This document shows positions 1 through 9,755 of a DNA stretch of 64,000 nucleotides, in pieces. The notes beneath the pieces are model-generated. The model had not been told where the DNA came from. It worked only from the letters and a program-made list of their open reading frames with translations, and did not search any database. Location of the stretch: positions 224,001 through 288,000 of the forward strand of contig CAWGRW010000009.1 of assembly GCA_963825135.1 (NCBI GenBank), read 5' to 3'. Position numbers and translations under genes: made by a program. Origin of the DNA: an uncultured bacterium. Its GTDB lineage: Bacteria > Desulfobacterota_D > UBA1144 > Nemesobacterales > UBA2774. The first letter of the stretch is position 1. Every line of letters begins with the position of its first letter.

Positions 1-384
1 GACCAGCTCTACTGCATCAACACCATACAGGTATACGAAGGGGTGGCTTTCGATATCGGCAAGCAGCGGAGGAATTTCAACTACCTCGAGGACGAGGTGC
101 GTAACGGCTTCAGGTTCCTGAGCAGGTACGAGAACAGGCTCGAGGACATACACAAACACTATGAGCTCATGCTCCAGGAGAGGACGAACAACAGGCTCAA
201 GGTGCTGACCATAGTGGCGGCCGTATTCCTGCCCCTTAACCTCGTGGCCGGCATCTACGGTATGAACTTCGAGAATATACCGACTCTCAAATGGGAATTC
301 GGGTACCACGCCGCGCTCGGTTTCATGCTGTTAGTGGCGGTCTCGATGGTTTATTACTTCTACCGCCGCGGCTGGTTCAAGTGA
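1..384 (+). CDS. corA: CorA-family Mg2+/Co2+ transporter, C-terminal part (5' end outside window)
   Basis: N..LKVLTIVAAVFLPLNLVAGIYGMNFENIP carries the CorA GMN signature, followed by two TM helices. Confidence 0.9.
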   Translation, partial: DQLYCINTIQVYEGVAFDIGKQRRNFNYLEDEVRNGFRFLSRYENRLEDIHKHYELMLQERTNNRLKVLTIVAAVFLPLNLVAGIYGMNFENIPTLKWEFGYHAALGFMLLVAVSMVYYFYRRGWFK

Positions 385-512
385 CCGGCTCTCGCCGGGC
401 TAGTTCAATTTCTCCCGGGCGGTGACCGCGCGGAAGAGTTAGCCCGGAACCCTCGTCTGAATACTAAAATCCTCCTCCGCCCGATCCTGATGTAAAATAT
501 AGGTCAGCCAGG

Positions 513-2795
513 ATGGAAATTGTCAAAGAGAGCACAAAGGCGGCAGCAATGAATTTCGAGCGAATGTTACTCTCCACGACCGTATTAATCCCCCTCGCGA
601 TCACCGCGGTCATATCGGCCGCGCTCCTGTTCTTCCCGCTGGCCGGGGCTCTCGGCTTCGAGTACTCGGCCGTCATGGGGTTCGTCCTCTCCTTCATATC
701 CGTATTCGTATCGGCGGAGCTCATGGGCGGCGAATACAAGTCCCACTCGTCGGGGAAGAGGCTCTCGGACAGGGTATCGTCCATACTCCTCGTCTGCTCC
801 TTCTTCCTGGTCCTCGTGTACCTGATCGGGCTCCTGGGCTCGCTCCTCAAGGGGGACTGCTACATACGGGAGGGGACGGTATTCTTCCTCCTGATCCCGG
901 TCGTGAGCGTATTCTTCTCGTCCTCCCTCGGGCTCCTGACCGGGTATATCCTGCGCGGCAGGGGTTTCATCGCCGGGGCCCTGATACTGATCGGGATATT
1001 CGCGTATTCTCTCTGGGAGCTCTACAGCGAGCCCTCGCTCTTCGTCTATAACCCGCTCTACGGATTCTTCCCCGGCCCCATCTACGACGAGGCGATACCG
1101 GTCACGGACACGCTCATCGTCTACAGGCTCATGACCGCGCTCTGGGGGCTGCTCTTCCTCGCGCTCCTTCAGCTCGCCAACGGCCTCGGATACAGGAGGG
1201 TCGGCCTCTGGGATTTCGTGAAGGTCTCGGTCGTCGGTATAGCGCTCATCGTCGCGTACTCCCACGAGCACGAGTCGGGCGTCAGCTACGACAGGGCGTA
1301 CATAACCGGCGAAATCCTCCCCGCGTCCGTGGAAACGGACCACTTCATAATTTACTACGACCCGTCCTCACCCGACGCGAAGCGTATAAACCTCATCGCC
1401 GGGGACCACGAATGGAGGTACAGGGAGTTAAGCGAATTCCTCGATCTCAATCCCGGCCCCGGGTCCATGGAGAAAATCCGCTCCTACGTCTATCCCGATA
1501 CCGATACGCGGAAGAGGGTCGTCGGCGCGGGAGATACCACCATTGCGAACCCGATACACAAGGAGATACACCTCGTTTACGATACGTTTCCCCAGCCCGT
1601 GCTCAAGCACGAGCTCACCCACGTCATGGCGGGGGACTTCGGGACGAAGATACTCCGCATGAGCCCCAAGATCGGGCTCCTCGAAGGACTCGCCGTGGCC
1701 GCCGACTGGAGCGGCGACGGCTACGACCCGCACCAATGGTCAAAAGCGATCATCCACAACGGCCAGGCCCCCGACATCGCGGACATAACGGGTTTCGGGT
1801 TCTGGTACGCGCCCCCGGCCCTGAGCTACACCCTCATGGGCTCTTTCTCGAGGTATCTCATCGACACCTACGGCATAGAGAAATTCAAGACCGTTTACAG
1901 GACGGGCGATTTTTCAGTCTACGGCAAGGGCCTCCCGGAGCTCGTCTCGGACTGGAAAAAGTTTCTCGACGGAGTGGACGCCCCCGCCGAGATAAACGCG
2001 CTCGCGAAAGCCAGGTTCGGCGCGCCCAGCATCTTCACGGCCTCGTGCCCGAGAAGGGTCGCCGCTCTAAAAGCGGAGGGGTTTAAATATTACGGGGACG
2101 ACAATTTCTGGAAGGCGAGAGAGAGATTCAAAGAAGCGCTCCGGTACGACGGCCGGGACCCGGTGCTGCTGAACGGGCTCGCGTATTCGAACTACTACGA
2201 GGGCGACTACGGCGAGGCCGAGAAAATAGCGGAGACGCCGGGCGCGCTCACGGAGGCCGACAGGGCGGTGCTCGGGAACCTCAGGGGGAACGCCCTCTGG
2301 CAGTCGGGCGACACGAAAGCGGCGGCCGGGATTTTCAGCTCCTTACGGCCGGGCCCCCTGCCCGACGACCTCAAGAGGGAGATAGACATAAAGCTCTCGG
2401 CCATAGGGACGGGCGGCACGCCTGAAGGGAGCGTAAGCGAGTTCTTCTCGACGAGGGACAGGACGCTTCAGGCCGCATCCCTCTCGGAATCGATACTGAA
2501 TTCTCCCGAATACTCACCGCCCTACTATCTCATGGGGAGGCTATTCTTCAACACCGGTGATTATCAAAGGGCGATACCCTATCTGTCCATGGCGGACTAT
2601 CTGGGCCTCCCTTCGGCCGAGCTCACGCAAGAGAACCTGCGCATACTCGGCATTTCCCTCTTCGCAGCCGGCAGGTACGACGAATCGGCCGCCGTGTGGA
2701 GCCGCCTCGCCTCCGGGGACGACCCGGAGCTCAGGGAATACGCGTCCGACTTCCTTCGCAGGATCGAGTGGGGCAGGAACAACCTGTTGAAGTAA
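513..2795 (+). CDS. Multi-pass membrane protein with a gluzincin (peptidase MA-like) domain and C-terminal TPR repeats
   Basis: Hydrophobic N-terminal ~250 aa; HELTH followed by LLEGLAV; TPR-like helices at the C-terminus. The true start may be 549 or 564. Confidence 0.7.
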   Translation: MEIVKESTKAAAMNFERMLLSTTVLIPLAITAVISAALLFFPLAGALGFEYSAVMGFVLSFISVFVSAELMGGEYKSHSSGKRLSDRVSSILLVCSFFLVLVYLIGLLGSLLKGDCYIREGTVFFLLIPVVSVFFSSSLGLLTGYILRGRGFIAGALILIGIFAYSLWELYSEPSLFVYNPLYGFFPGPIYDEAIPVTDTLIVYRLMTALWGLLFLALLQLANGLGYRRVGLWDFVKVSVVGIALIVAYSHEHESGVSYDRAYITGEILPASVETDHFIIYYDPSSPDAKRINLIAGDHEWRYRELSEFLDLNPGPGSMEKIRSYVYPDTDTRKRVVGAGDTTIANPIHKEIHLVYDTFPQPVLKHELTHVMAGDFGTKILRMSPKIGLLEGLAVAADWSGDGYDPHQWSKAIIHNGQAPDIADITGFGFWYAPPALSYTLMGSFSRYLIDTYGIEKFKTVYRTGDFSVYGKGLPELVSDWKKFLDGVDAPAEINALAKARFGAPSIFTASCPRRVAALKAEGFKYYGDDNFWKARERFKEALRYDGRDPVLLNGLAYSNYYEGDYGEAEKIAETPGALTEADRAVLGNLRGNALWQSGDTKAAAGIFSSLRPGPLPDDLKREIDIKLSAIGTGGTPEGSVSEFFSTRDRTLQAASLSESILNSPEYSPPYYLMGRLFFNTGDYQRAIPYLSMADYLGLPSAELTQENLRILGISLFAAGRYDESAAVWSRLASGDDPELREYASDFLRRIEWGRNNLLK

Positions 2796-2828
2796 TCGTT
2801 TAATCCTATATAATCTTAGCTTCCGAAA

Positions 2829-3314
2829 ATGGACAGATACAGAAAAGCCGCGGTCATCACAGTACTCGTAGTCGTAATCGACCAGTTGTCCAAGTGGCTC
2901 GTGATCAAGTACGTGCCGCTCTACGGCAGGGTGAACCTGCTCCCGTTCCTCGACGTGACCCACATCAGGAACCCCGGGGCCGCGTTCGGCATCTTCCGGG
3001 AAATGCCCGAGTCGCTCAGGCTCCCGTTATTCATAGTCGTGCTCCTGGCCGCCGTCGTGGTCATCATATACTTCCTCTCGAAGACCGGGAAGCAGGACAG
3101 GCTCCTCGTCTTCTCTCTATCCCTCATACTAGGCGGGGCGATAGGAAATTCCATAGACAGGTTCAGGCTCCGCTACGTTACGGACTTCATAGACTTCCAC
3201 TGGTTCGGCAACCCCGCGCTCCACTGGCCGCCGTTTAACCTCTCGGATTCGGCCATTACCATCGGCGTCATACTGATACTTTTCGACACATTCATCCTTA
3301 AACGGGGCAGATAG
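2829..3314 (+). CDS. lspA: Lipoprotein signal peptidase II
   Basis: DQLSK, NPGAAFG, GGAIGNSIDR, VTDFI and WPPFNLSDSAI motifs. Confidence 0.95.
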   Translation: MDRYRKAAVITVLVVVIDQLSKWLVIKYVPLYGRVNLLPFLDVTHIRNPGAAFGIFREMPESLRLPLFIVVLLAAVVVIIYFLSKTGKQDRLLVFSLSLILGGAIGNSIDRFRLRYVTDFIDFHWFGNPALHWPPFNLSDSAITIGVILILFDTFILKRGR

Positions 3315-3316
3315 AC

Positions 3317-3928
3317 ATGTTCACGGGGATAGTAGAGGACACAGGGACTGTCACGGCGATTAAACGCCGCTCCAGGGAATCCTCTTTCACTTTCAGCGTA
3401 GGCAGGATCGACTTAAATGAGGTATCAGCGGGGGAGAGTATATCCGTAAACGGCGTGTGCCTCACCGTTACCTCGCTCGAAGGCGATACGTTCACGGCCG
3501 ACGCGTCGCGCGAGACCCTTTCGAGGACCGGCCTCGGGAAGCTCAGGGTCGGCGGCAGGGTGAACCTCGAGCGCTCTCTTCGGGCCGGGGACAGGATGGG
3601 CGGGCACATCGTGAGCGGGCACGTGGACGGGGTTGGCAAGGTCAAATCGAAAAAGAAGCGGGGAACGTCCGTGGAATTCAGGTTCGCGGCCCCGGACGGG
3701 ATCATGAAATATATCGTCGAGAAAGGCTCGGTCGCCATAGACGGCGTGAGCCTCACCGTAAACGCGGTCGAGGGCGGGGAATTCACCGTGAACATCATCC
3801 CCTACACGCTCTCGGAAACCACGTTCGGAGCGCTCAGGACCGGGAATACGGTCAACATAGAGTGCGATATAATAGGGAAATACGTCGAGAGGTTCACGAC
3901 GGGCGCAAGAGACATAGAGACGGGCTAA
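3317..3928 (+). CDS. ribE: Riboflavin synthase (alpha chain)
   Basis: MFTGIVE N-terminus, SVNGVCLTV, GGHIVSGHVDG, KGSVAIDGVSLTV. Confidence 0.95.
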   Translation: MFTGIVEDTGTVTAIKRRSRESSFTFSVGRIDLNEVSAGESISVNGVCLTVTSLEGDTFTADASRETLSRTGLGKLRVGGRVNLERSLRAGDRMGGHIVSGHVDGVGKVKSKKKRGTSVEFRFAAPDGIMKYIVEKGSVAIDGVSLTVNAVEGGEFTVNIIPYTLSETTFGALRTGNTVNIECDIIGKYVERFTTGARDIETG

Positions 3929-3938
3929 AGATCATCAG

Positions 3939-4464
3939 ATGACTCCTCCGCGGAAAAAACCGAAGAACATATTCCTCGTCGGCTTCATGGGAGCGGGCAA
4001 GACCACCATCGGCAGGATACTCGCCCGGACGCTCGGGTACAGGTACTGCGATTCCGACAAGGTGATAGAAACGAAAGCGGGGAAGACGGTCTCCGAAATA
4101 TTCTCGAGCCTAGGGAGAGTCTCGTTTCAGAGAGCTTGAATCGGAGACGCTCAATTCGCTCGCCGGGAAGGAAAAACAGGTGATAGCCACGGGCGGCGGC
4201 GCTGTGATGAGGGAGGAGAACCGGGAGGCGATGAAAAAGGGCGGGGTCACGGTCTATCTTAAAGCCCCCGTGAGCGTTATCTGGGAAAGGATCAGACTCA
4301 GCAAGACGCGTCCCCTGCTGAACGTGGACAATCCGCTCGAGGCCGCGGAAGAGCTCCTTCAAAAGCGCGCCCCTTTCTATGAATCCGCCGATATAACTAT
4401 CGATACGGAGAGCCTCACGCCCGAAGAAGCGGCTTCTGAGGTCATAAAGAAGCTCGGGATTTGA
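3939..4464 (+). CDS. aroK: Shikimate kinase, split by a +1 frameshift near 4113-4115 (probable sequencing error)
   Basis: GFMGAGKTTIG P-loop in the first frame; GESRFRELE, IATGGGAV and RPLL in the second; removing one G restores the full ORF. Confidence 0.9.
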
Positions 4465-5020
4465 AAGGAAAGCTTTATACTGTCATTTCGAGCAACAGTT
4501 GCAAGCGCGCGCGCAACCGGTCGTTGCTGGTTGATTGCAAATAACCTGAATCGACATGCGTATATAATCCGCGTAAACCAAAACGAGAAATCAATCTTTT
4601 ATCTTTGCTTTTGTTTTCTCCCGACATTACAGAATTTGCGTCAAGAAAATCGGATTGTACGAGTCGTTAAGAACTCTTACGCTAGGGACTCGGTCGGGAG
4701 TCCGAACGATTCAGCGAGCACAGTCGAGCATGTTAGCGACAATTACTGTAGAATTTGCGGATGAACATCGCGTGTTTAGCATCAAGGAAAAGAATTGAAA
4801 GATTTTAGCTTAAACACAAGATTTTTAGCGTAATTCTGTAGTCTTTTCGGAAACCACACTACGATTTTTGCTTCTTTTATCCAGGAAAAGAAGGATAATA
4901 TCACCTTCACCACTATCTTTTCTGTCTTTGCATAAACCACTATCGGTGCACGGAAGTTTTCATAATCCACACTTCGTGTGTTCATCAAGGAAAAGAAATA
5001 AATAACATTAGTTAGGTACC

Positions 5021-5056
5021 GCCCTCACCTTCACCCACAAAGCGGGGAGAGGGAAT
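5021..5056. repeat. REP-like palindromic element (CCCTCACC...GGGGAGAGGG class)
   Basis: Degenerate match to a common intergenic hairpin class. Confidence 0.4.
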
Positions 5057-5132
5057 GACATACAGTGAGAGATCGTCACGCTGTGCGCCCCGCTTTGCCC
5101 TTCCTCGAAAAATTGATTAAGATAGTTGGGCC

Positions 5133-5822
5133 ATGCAGATGCGTTCCCCGAAACAGGCTCCCAGGAAGAAGAGAAGCTACGGGCTCGGCTCCGAGGAATG
5201 GATTGACATAACGGTGCCCCTGTCGGACGGCATGGTGCACTGGCCCGGAGACCCTCCGGTGAAGGTGTTCCGCGTCCGGGACATGGGAAAGGGGGACGAT
5301 TTCAACATGTCCGCCCTCTCCATGTCGGTGCACACGGCGACGCATCTCGACGCCCCTTCTCATTTCACGAAGCTCAAGACCGGGATAGACAAGATGCCCC
5401 TTTCGGCTGTCGTCGGCAACGCCCGCGTAATCGAGATCGCGGATAACGACTTTATAACCGCCGACGAGCTCCGCGCGCACCGCTTGAGAAAAGGGGAGCG
5501 CCTGCTTTTCAAGACCCGGAACTCGAAAAGGAAATGGGACAAGAAGCCCTTCGACCAGAATTTCGTACACCTCTCGACCGACGCCGCGAAATACCTTGTG
5601 GAGCGCCAGGTACAGACCATAGGGGTCGATTACCTGTCGATAGGGGGATACGAGGGGAACGTCAGCGAGGTCCATCACATAATACTCGCCGCCCGCATAT
5701 GGGTCATCGAGGGACTTGACCTCTCGCAGGTCGAGCCCGGGGATTACGAGATGATCTGCCTGCCGATAAAAATCGAGGATTGCGAAGGCGCCCCCGCCCG
5801 TGCATTGCTGAGGCCGGTTTAA
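5133..5822 (+). CDS. Cyclase / kynurenine formamidase-like metal-dependent hydrolase
   Basis: WPGDPP, HTATHLDAPSHF, GVDYLSI, IEGLDL, GAPARA. Confidence 0.9.
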   Translation: MQMRSPKQAPRKKRSYGLGSEEWIDITVPLSDGMVHWPGDPPVKVFRVRDMGKGDDFNMSALSMSVHTATHLDAPSHFTKLKTGIDKMPLSAVVGNARVIEIADNDFITADELRAHRLRKGERLLFKTRNSKRKWDKKPFDQNFVHLSTDAAKYLVERQVQTIGVDYLSIGGYEGNVSEVHHIILAARIWVIEGLDLSQVEPGDYEMICLPIKIEDCEGAPARALLRPV

Positions 5823-5883
5823 GAATTGAGCGCACTTAGTGTGATATTGCGAACCGTACTCCGGCCCGGTTCATGATTCACTG

Positions 5884-5961
5884 CAATTCTCGCGAAAGCG
5901 GGAATCAATTCTTTAAATCAACAACGACGAAAAGACAGATTCTCGAACATGCGGGAATGAC
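5884..5961. repeat. Pair of REP-like elements (ATTCTCGCGAAAGCGGGAATC ... GATTCTCGAACATGCGGGAATGACA)
   Basis: Two short hairpins of the GTCATTCCCGC-type REP class. Confidence 0.5.
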
Positions 5962-6236
5962 AAAATTATAAATCCTCCCTAACCATTTGGACTTCAGAAG
6001 GATGGAGCTGGAAGTTAAGTTACTTCTGTGCTATTTAAGAGGGCCTTGGCAGGCTCGCCCGTTCGCAACCAAACTTTTACTAAGGCGGGAATCAACAGTA
6101 TTTTCCCCCTTTGGAAAAGGGGAATTAACGGGAATTAACCCGACTGCTCTCGATGTCCCCCGATACCATAACCCCCGTTCATTATGTATTCTTGTATATC
6201 CCGGCATCAAGGCCGATTAACATCCGGAGGTTTCAA

Positions 6237-7550
6237 ATGTTCGAAGGCTCGCCGCTTGAATACTACATAAAGAAATTCTCCGACTACGACCCCGTCATCT
6301 CCGCGCACGTGATAGAAACCATGGATATAGAGGAGAGCGCCGAGGTCTTCAGGAGCCTGCCCCCGCAGATATCGAAGACGATTTTCGAGAACCTCCAGAA
6401 CGAATACGCGGCCAAGCTCCTGGGCAGCCTGCCCGACGATATCGCCGGGGAGATCATACGGGGCATTGAGCCGCTCAAGGTCTCCCTCATCGTGAGCGTG
6501 TGCCCCATGTCGCTAAAAAACAAGATAGCGCAGAACCTCACCGAGAAGCAAAAGCGCGAGATCGGGGACCTGCTGGAGTACCCCAAGGACAGCGTGGGGT
6601 ACATGATGAGCCCGATTTTCCTCGCGCTCCGGGACGACCTCAGGATTTCCGACGCAGTGAACAAGATAAAGCTCATGGCCGGGCAGGAGAACATGCCGCT
6701 CTCCTACGTCTACGTCGTCGACGCGGACTTCAAGCTGGCAGGGGTGCTCAGCATGAGGGACCTGCTCATAGGGGAGCCGCACAGGAAGCTATCGGACGTG
6801 ATGATAAAGAACGTCTTTTGCCTCAACTCCTTCATGGACGCGAATGACGCGGCGAGCATCGTATCAAAACAGAAATTCTTCGCCGTGCCCGTAGTCGACA
6901 ACACGCAGAAGCTCGTGGGCATAGTGAACACGAACCGGCTCCTGAGCGACATGCAGGACGAGTACTCGGCCGACATACAGACCATCTTCGGCGTCTCGAG
7001 CGAGGAGAGGCCATTTTCGAGCACCTTCTTCTCGCTCAGAAAGAGGCTCCCGTGGTTAAACGTCAACCTCGCGACGGCCTTTCTGGCGGCGGGCGTCGTC
7101 TCCATGTTCCAGGACACGATAGCGAAGATCACGGTGCTCGCGGTCTTCCTCCCCATAGTCGCGAGCCAGGGAGGAAACGGCGGCGCGCAGTCGCTAGCGG
7201 TCGTGATGAGGGGGCTCGTGATGAGGGAGATATCCAAAGGCGATTTCCCGAAGCTCCTCTGGAAGGAGGTAAAGCTCGGGATCGCGAACGGTCTCATAGT
7301 CGGTCTCATCACGGCGCTTATCGCGTACGCCTGGCAGCGGGACGTCACGCTCGGCGTGGTGATCGGGCTCGCCATGATCGTCAACCTCCTGATCGCGGGC
7401 CTCTCGGGCGCGATGGTGCCTATAGGGCTCAAGTCCCTGGGCTTCGACCCCGCGCAGTCCTCCATGATAATCCTCACCACCGTGACGGATATCGTCGGGT
7501 TTGCGGCGTTTCTCGGACTGGCTACAATATTCTTCAGGTTGAGTATGTAG
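6237..7550 (+). CDS. mgtE: Magnesium transporter MgtE
   Basis: CBS pair (YVYVVD, AVPVVD), RLPWL, GGNGGAQS, DPA...TTVTD; GGAGG precedes ATG 6237. Confidence 0.93.
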   Translation: MFEGSPLEYYIKKFSDYDPVISAHVIETMDIEESAEVFRSLPPQISKTIFENLQNEYAAKLLGSLPDDIAGEIIRGIEPLKVSLIVSVCPMSLKNKIAQNLTEKQKREIGDLLEYPKDSVGYMMSPIFLALRDDLRISDAVNKIKLMAGQENMPLSYVYVVDADFKLAGVLSMRDLLIGEPHRKLSDVMIKNVFCLNSFMDANDAASIVSKQKFFAVPVVDNTQKLVGIVNTNRLLSDMQDEYSADIQTIFGVSSEERPFSSTFFSLRKRLPWLNVNLATAFLAAGVVSMFQDTIAKITVLAVFLPIVASQGGNGGAQSLAVVMRGLVMREISKGDFPKLLWKEVKLGIANGLIVGLITALIAYAWQRDVTLGVVIGLAMIVNLLIAGLSGAMVPIGLKSLGFDPAQSSMIILTTVTDIVGFAAFLGLATIFFRLSM

Positions 7551-7565
7551 GCGGGACTGAAACGG

Positions 7566-8102
7566 ATGGCAAAGGAACGGGTAAAACTGCTGATAGGAAG
7601 GAAAGAGAAGGTAGACTTTCCCAAGCTCGGGCTCTTCGGGATGAACGCCAAGGTCGACACAGGCGCCTACACCTCCGCTATACACTGCGACAGCATAAGG
7701 GCGGTCAGAAAGGGCGGCCAGAGGTTCGTGAGGTTCAGGCTCCTCGACCCCTCCCACGCCTCTTACGACGGGAGGGAGATACGCAGACGCCTCGTCGGAA
7801 GGAGGAAGGTCAAGAACTCCTTCGGTCAGACGGAATTCAGGTACATCATAAAAACGATCATAGAGATCTTCGGAAGGGAGTTCGAGATAGAGCTCTCGCT
7901 CTCGGACAGATCAGGGATGGAGCACCCGATACTGCTCGGGAGGAAGTTCATACAGGACAAATTCGTCGTGGACGTGTCCAGGTTCGACCTGTCGAGGAAA
8001 AAGAAGGTCATCGAGATCGGCGGTCGCGGCAAGTCCGAGCGGAAGAAGCCGGGGAAACGGGATAAGCGCGGAAGAGCGGGAAAAGACGGCGCGGAGGAAT
8101 GA
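7566..8102 (+). CDS. RimK-associated 'ATP-dependent zinc protease' family (retropepsin-like) protein
   Basis: IGRKEKVDFP, AKVDTGAYTSAIH, DRSGMEHPILLGR. Confidence 0.85.
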   Translation: MAKERVKLLIGRKEKVDFPKLGLFGMNAKVDTGAYTSAIHCDSIRAVRKGGQRFVRFRLLDPSHASYDGREIRRRLVGRRKVKNSFGQTEFRYIIKTIIEIFGREFEIELSLSDRSGMEHPILLGRKFIQDKFVVDVSRFDLSRKKKVIEIGGRGKSERKKPGKRDKRGRAGKDGAEE

Positions 8103-8129
8103 CCGGGCGCACGCCGGATGCGGCGGGAC

Positions 8130-8334
8130 TCACCCGCTTATTATGTCGATCGCCTGATTCATGAGCGCCTCGGGGAACCTCGCTACCCTGCCGTCCACGA
8201 ACTGGACCCTGTAGGATTTCCCGTGCGGGCAGGTCGAAGGTCTCGACTACCGTCCCCTTTAGCCCCTGCTCGAACCTGTCCTTTTTCCCCTCGATAGGCT
8301 GATTCAACATGACGCTTGACCCTTTCTTGTACAT
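8130..8334 (-). CDS. Small (~67 aa) hypothetical protein with a +1 frameshift near 8228
   Basis: GAGGTG RBS; removing one C gives MYKKGSSVMLNQPIEGKKDRFEQGLKGTVVETFDLPHGKSYRVQFVDGRVARFPEALMNQAIDIISG*. Confidence 0.6.
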
Positions 8335-8437
8335 CCCTCACCTCTCGCAAATATATCCAAACGAATGAGAAATATACAAATCCCGCGCCGTTTTGCAAAT
8401 TGGGGGGGGACGATTAAATAGAGTGCGATTCTTTATC

Positions 8438-8562
8438 TGTCATTGCGAGCGGAGTAGAACGGAGCGCGGCAATCTCAATTGTCCGCGGCGACCCGCCGCC
8501 GGTTCGACCTGAGCAGGAGCCCGTCCTGAGCGAAGCGAAGGATCGAAGGGTCGAATGGCGGG
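8438..8562. repeat. Cluster of REP-like elements (TGTCATTGCGAGCG...GCAATCTC; CCTGAGCGAAGCGAAGG)
   Basis: Recognisable intergenic REP-like hairpin classes. Confidence 0.55.
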
Positions 8563-8646
8563 AACACAGACGATACTTCACCCTAATGCAACATCTTTAC
8601 ATCGAATCCCTAAAAGTTATATAATGTGACGGCGGAGGTGACGCCG

Positions 8647-9342
8647 ATGGCAGAGTTCCTCGATAAGCTCAAGGTCAGGCTCGACAAGGGTTTGACGACG
8701 GTAAACGAAAAATCAAAGGAAATAATAGGGAGGCAGAAGATAAGGCTCCACCTCTCGGAGCTGGAGGCGGAAAAGAAGATGGTGTTTCAGGAGCTCGGAA
8801 AGGTGACTTACGGCAGTTACCGGCTTTCGGGAGAGGTCCCGGGTCTCGCGGCAGCGGAGACCCCCCGCGCGGCCCTGCCGGAGGCCCTCGACAACTGGGA
8901 GGCGTCGGTCGTCCTCGTGCTGGGGAGGCTCTCTAACGGGGAGCTCGCAAACATCCTGTTCGAAGATACGCCGAGGCAGTTCAAGGTCACCGCGAAGACG
9001 CTCTACGAGGAAGTGGAGAAGCTCATACCCGATTCCGAGAAAAAGGGTCAGAACCTGCAGTGGCTCGGGCGCGTGCTCGGGAAGTTCGGGATTGCGGCGA
9101 AAAAGGTCTCCAAGAGGATAGACGGCGAGAGGGAGACGGTTTACGAGTTCGACAAACAGAAGACGCGCTCCATACTGGACAGCCTGTCGTCAGCCGGAGA
9201 AAAAAAAGGGAAGGACGAGAGTCGGGCCGGAAGCGCCCGGGACATGAGCGCGATAACCTCGGCGTGCGCCAGGCTCGCGGACATAGATTCCAGGATTGAA
9301 AAGCTCAAGAAACAAATGAAGGAAATCGGCAAGGAAGACTAG
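8647..9342 (+). CDS. Hypothetical coiled-coil protein with a central inserted domain
   Basis: GGAGGTG RBS before ATG 8647; amphipathic or coiled-coil termini. Confidence 0.75.
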   Translation: MAEFLDKLKVRLDKGLTTVNEKSKEIIGRQKIRLHLSELEAEKKMVFQELGKVTYGSYRLSGEVPGLAAAETPRAALPEALDNWEASVVLVLGRLSNGELANILFEDTPRQFKVTAKTLYEEVEKLIPDSEKKGQNLQWLGRVLGKFGIAAKKVSKRIDGERETVYEFDKQKTRSILDSLSSAGEKKGKDESRAGSARDMSAITSACARLADIDSRIEKLKKQMKEIGKED

Positions 9343-9372
9343 AAGTCAGGCGCCGGCATTCACCGGGTCCGA

Positions 9373-9702
9373 TCAGAGCGCTTTTCCGACGACCCTCTCG
9401 ATCTCGCCCTTGGGCACCGCGCCAATGATCTGCTCCACGGCCTGCCCGCCCTTGAAAACGATGAGAGTGGGGATGCTTCTGATTCCGAACTTCATTGTAG
9501 TCTGCTGGTTTTCATCGACGTTCAGCTTCCCCACCTTGAGCCTCCCCTGATAGGTGGAGGAAATCTCCTCGACGACAGGAGCTATGGCACGGCACGGTCC
9601 GCACCACGGGGCCCAGAAATCCACTAAAACCGGAGTTTCGCTCTTTATAACCTCGGCCTCGAAGTTGGAGTCGCTTAACTCAATTATTCCGTTGGCAGCC
9701 AT
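9373..9702 (-). CDS. trxA: Thioredoxin
   Basis: VLVDFWAPWCGPC, GIRSIPTL. Confidence 0.97.
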   Translation of the reverse strand: MAANGIIELSDSNFEAEVIKSETPVLVDFWAPWCGPCRAIAPVVEEISSTYQGRLKVGKLNVDENQQTTMKFGIRSIPTLIVFKGGQAVEQIIGAVPKGEIERVVGKAL

Positions 9703-9755
9703 AGATAATCTCCTTTGTTAGATCCTCGAATATTATATCAGAAATCCCGGCCGTG

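Noticed and set aside
5980..6230. Mg2+ (M-box) riboswitch upstream of mgtE
   Set aside because: No recognisable conserved motif; only REP-like hairpins.
8100..8300. 6S RNA or other ncRNA
   Set aside because: Better explained as a frameshifted small CDS on the minus strand.
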